From an uncultured Alphaproteobacteria bacterium (GTDB taxonomy: Bacteria; Pseudomonadota; Alphaproteobacteria; SP197), in assembly GCA_958295695.1 (NCBI GenBank), contig OY282363.1, positions 1,037,246 through 1,101,245 on the forward strand: a stretch of DNA of 64,000 nucleotides, written 5' to 3'. Positions 63,758 through 64,000 of this stretch are shown here, one piece after another. Position 1 is the first letter of the stretch; each line of letters starts with the position of its first letter. The position numbers and the translations under genes were made by a program. The notes under the pieces are model-generated. The model made no database searches. It saw only the letters and a program-made list of their open reading frames with translations, and had not been told where the DNA came from.

Positions 63758-64000
63758 GGCGGCGCATCCTCGCGGCCCCGCGCGAGCGGGGCAAGGCGCG
63801 ACCGCGCTCCATCCCCAATCGGCGACGAGGTCCGGATGGCGGAGGACGCGGCGGGATCCTGGCGTTTCCCGGGTTGCCGGACATCGCGGAGGGAAAGGAC
63901 GTGTTTTGAAGCTCACCCGTGAAACGCAACGGGGTTTGTGAATCGTCTTTGGCTGAAAAGTGATCCGCAAGCCGCGTTGTCGCTCACCCATGTGCGGCAA

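Overview
High-GC (~70%) alphaproteobacterial (Rhizobiales-like) chromosomal segment. It is densely coding on both strands; no rRNA, CRISPR array, intact transposase or prophage was found.

Three conserved housekeeping blocks are recognisable:
- chvI-chvG two-component system transcribed divergently from pckA.
- TIGR02300-aroA-cmk-rpsA-ihfB-lapA-OCD-trpF-trpB-trpA-accD-folC.
- trxA-addA-addB-murU-like-amgK-like, followed by yejABEF, secB and a 5'-degenerate ahcY.

Less ordinary features:
- A tRNA-Arg/tRNA-Ala-bounded ~9 kb candidate catabolic cluster: MmuM/BHMT-like methyltransferase, M24 creatinase-like hydrolase, amidohydrolase, PhyH-type dioxygenase and an AcoABC-like TPP E1alpha/E1beta plus lipoyl-hydrolase E2.
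- A DUF1640 coiled-coil gene built from 33-bp tandem repeats, with an apparent leaderless promoter.
- A decaying higBA toxin-antitoxin pair.
- A retropepsin-like gene stub abutting a truncated enoyl-CoA hydratase.
- addB and addA in one frame with no intervening stop.
- An AT-rich codon patch at the 3' end of addA, just upstream of trxA.
- A lower-GC orphan Tat-secreted polyamine-type solute-binding protein.
- An RpoH-like heat-shock promoter ahead of hsp20-DUF1150.

All calls rest on reading the six-frame translations and motifs by eye. No database search was run.
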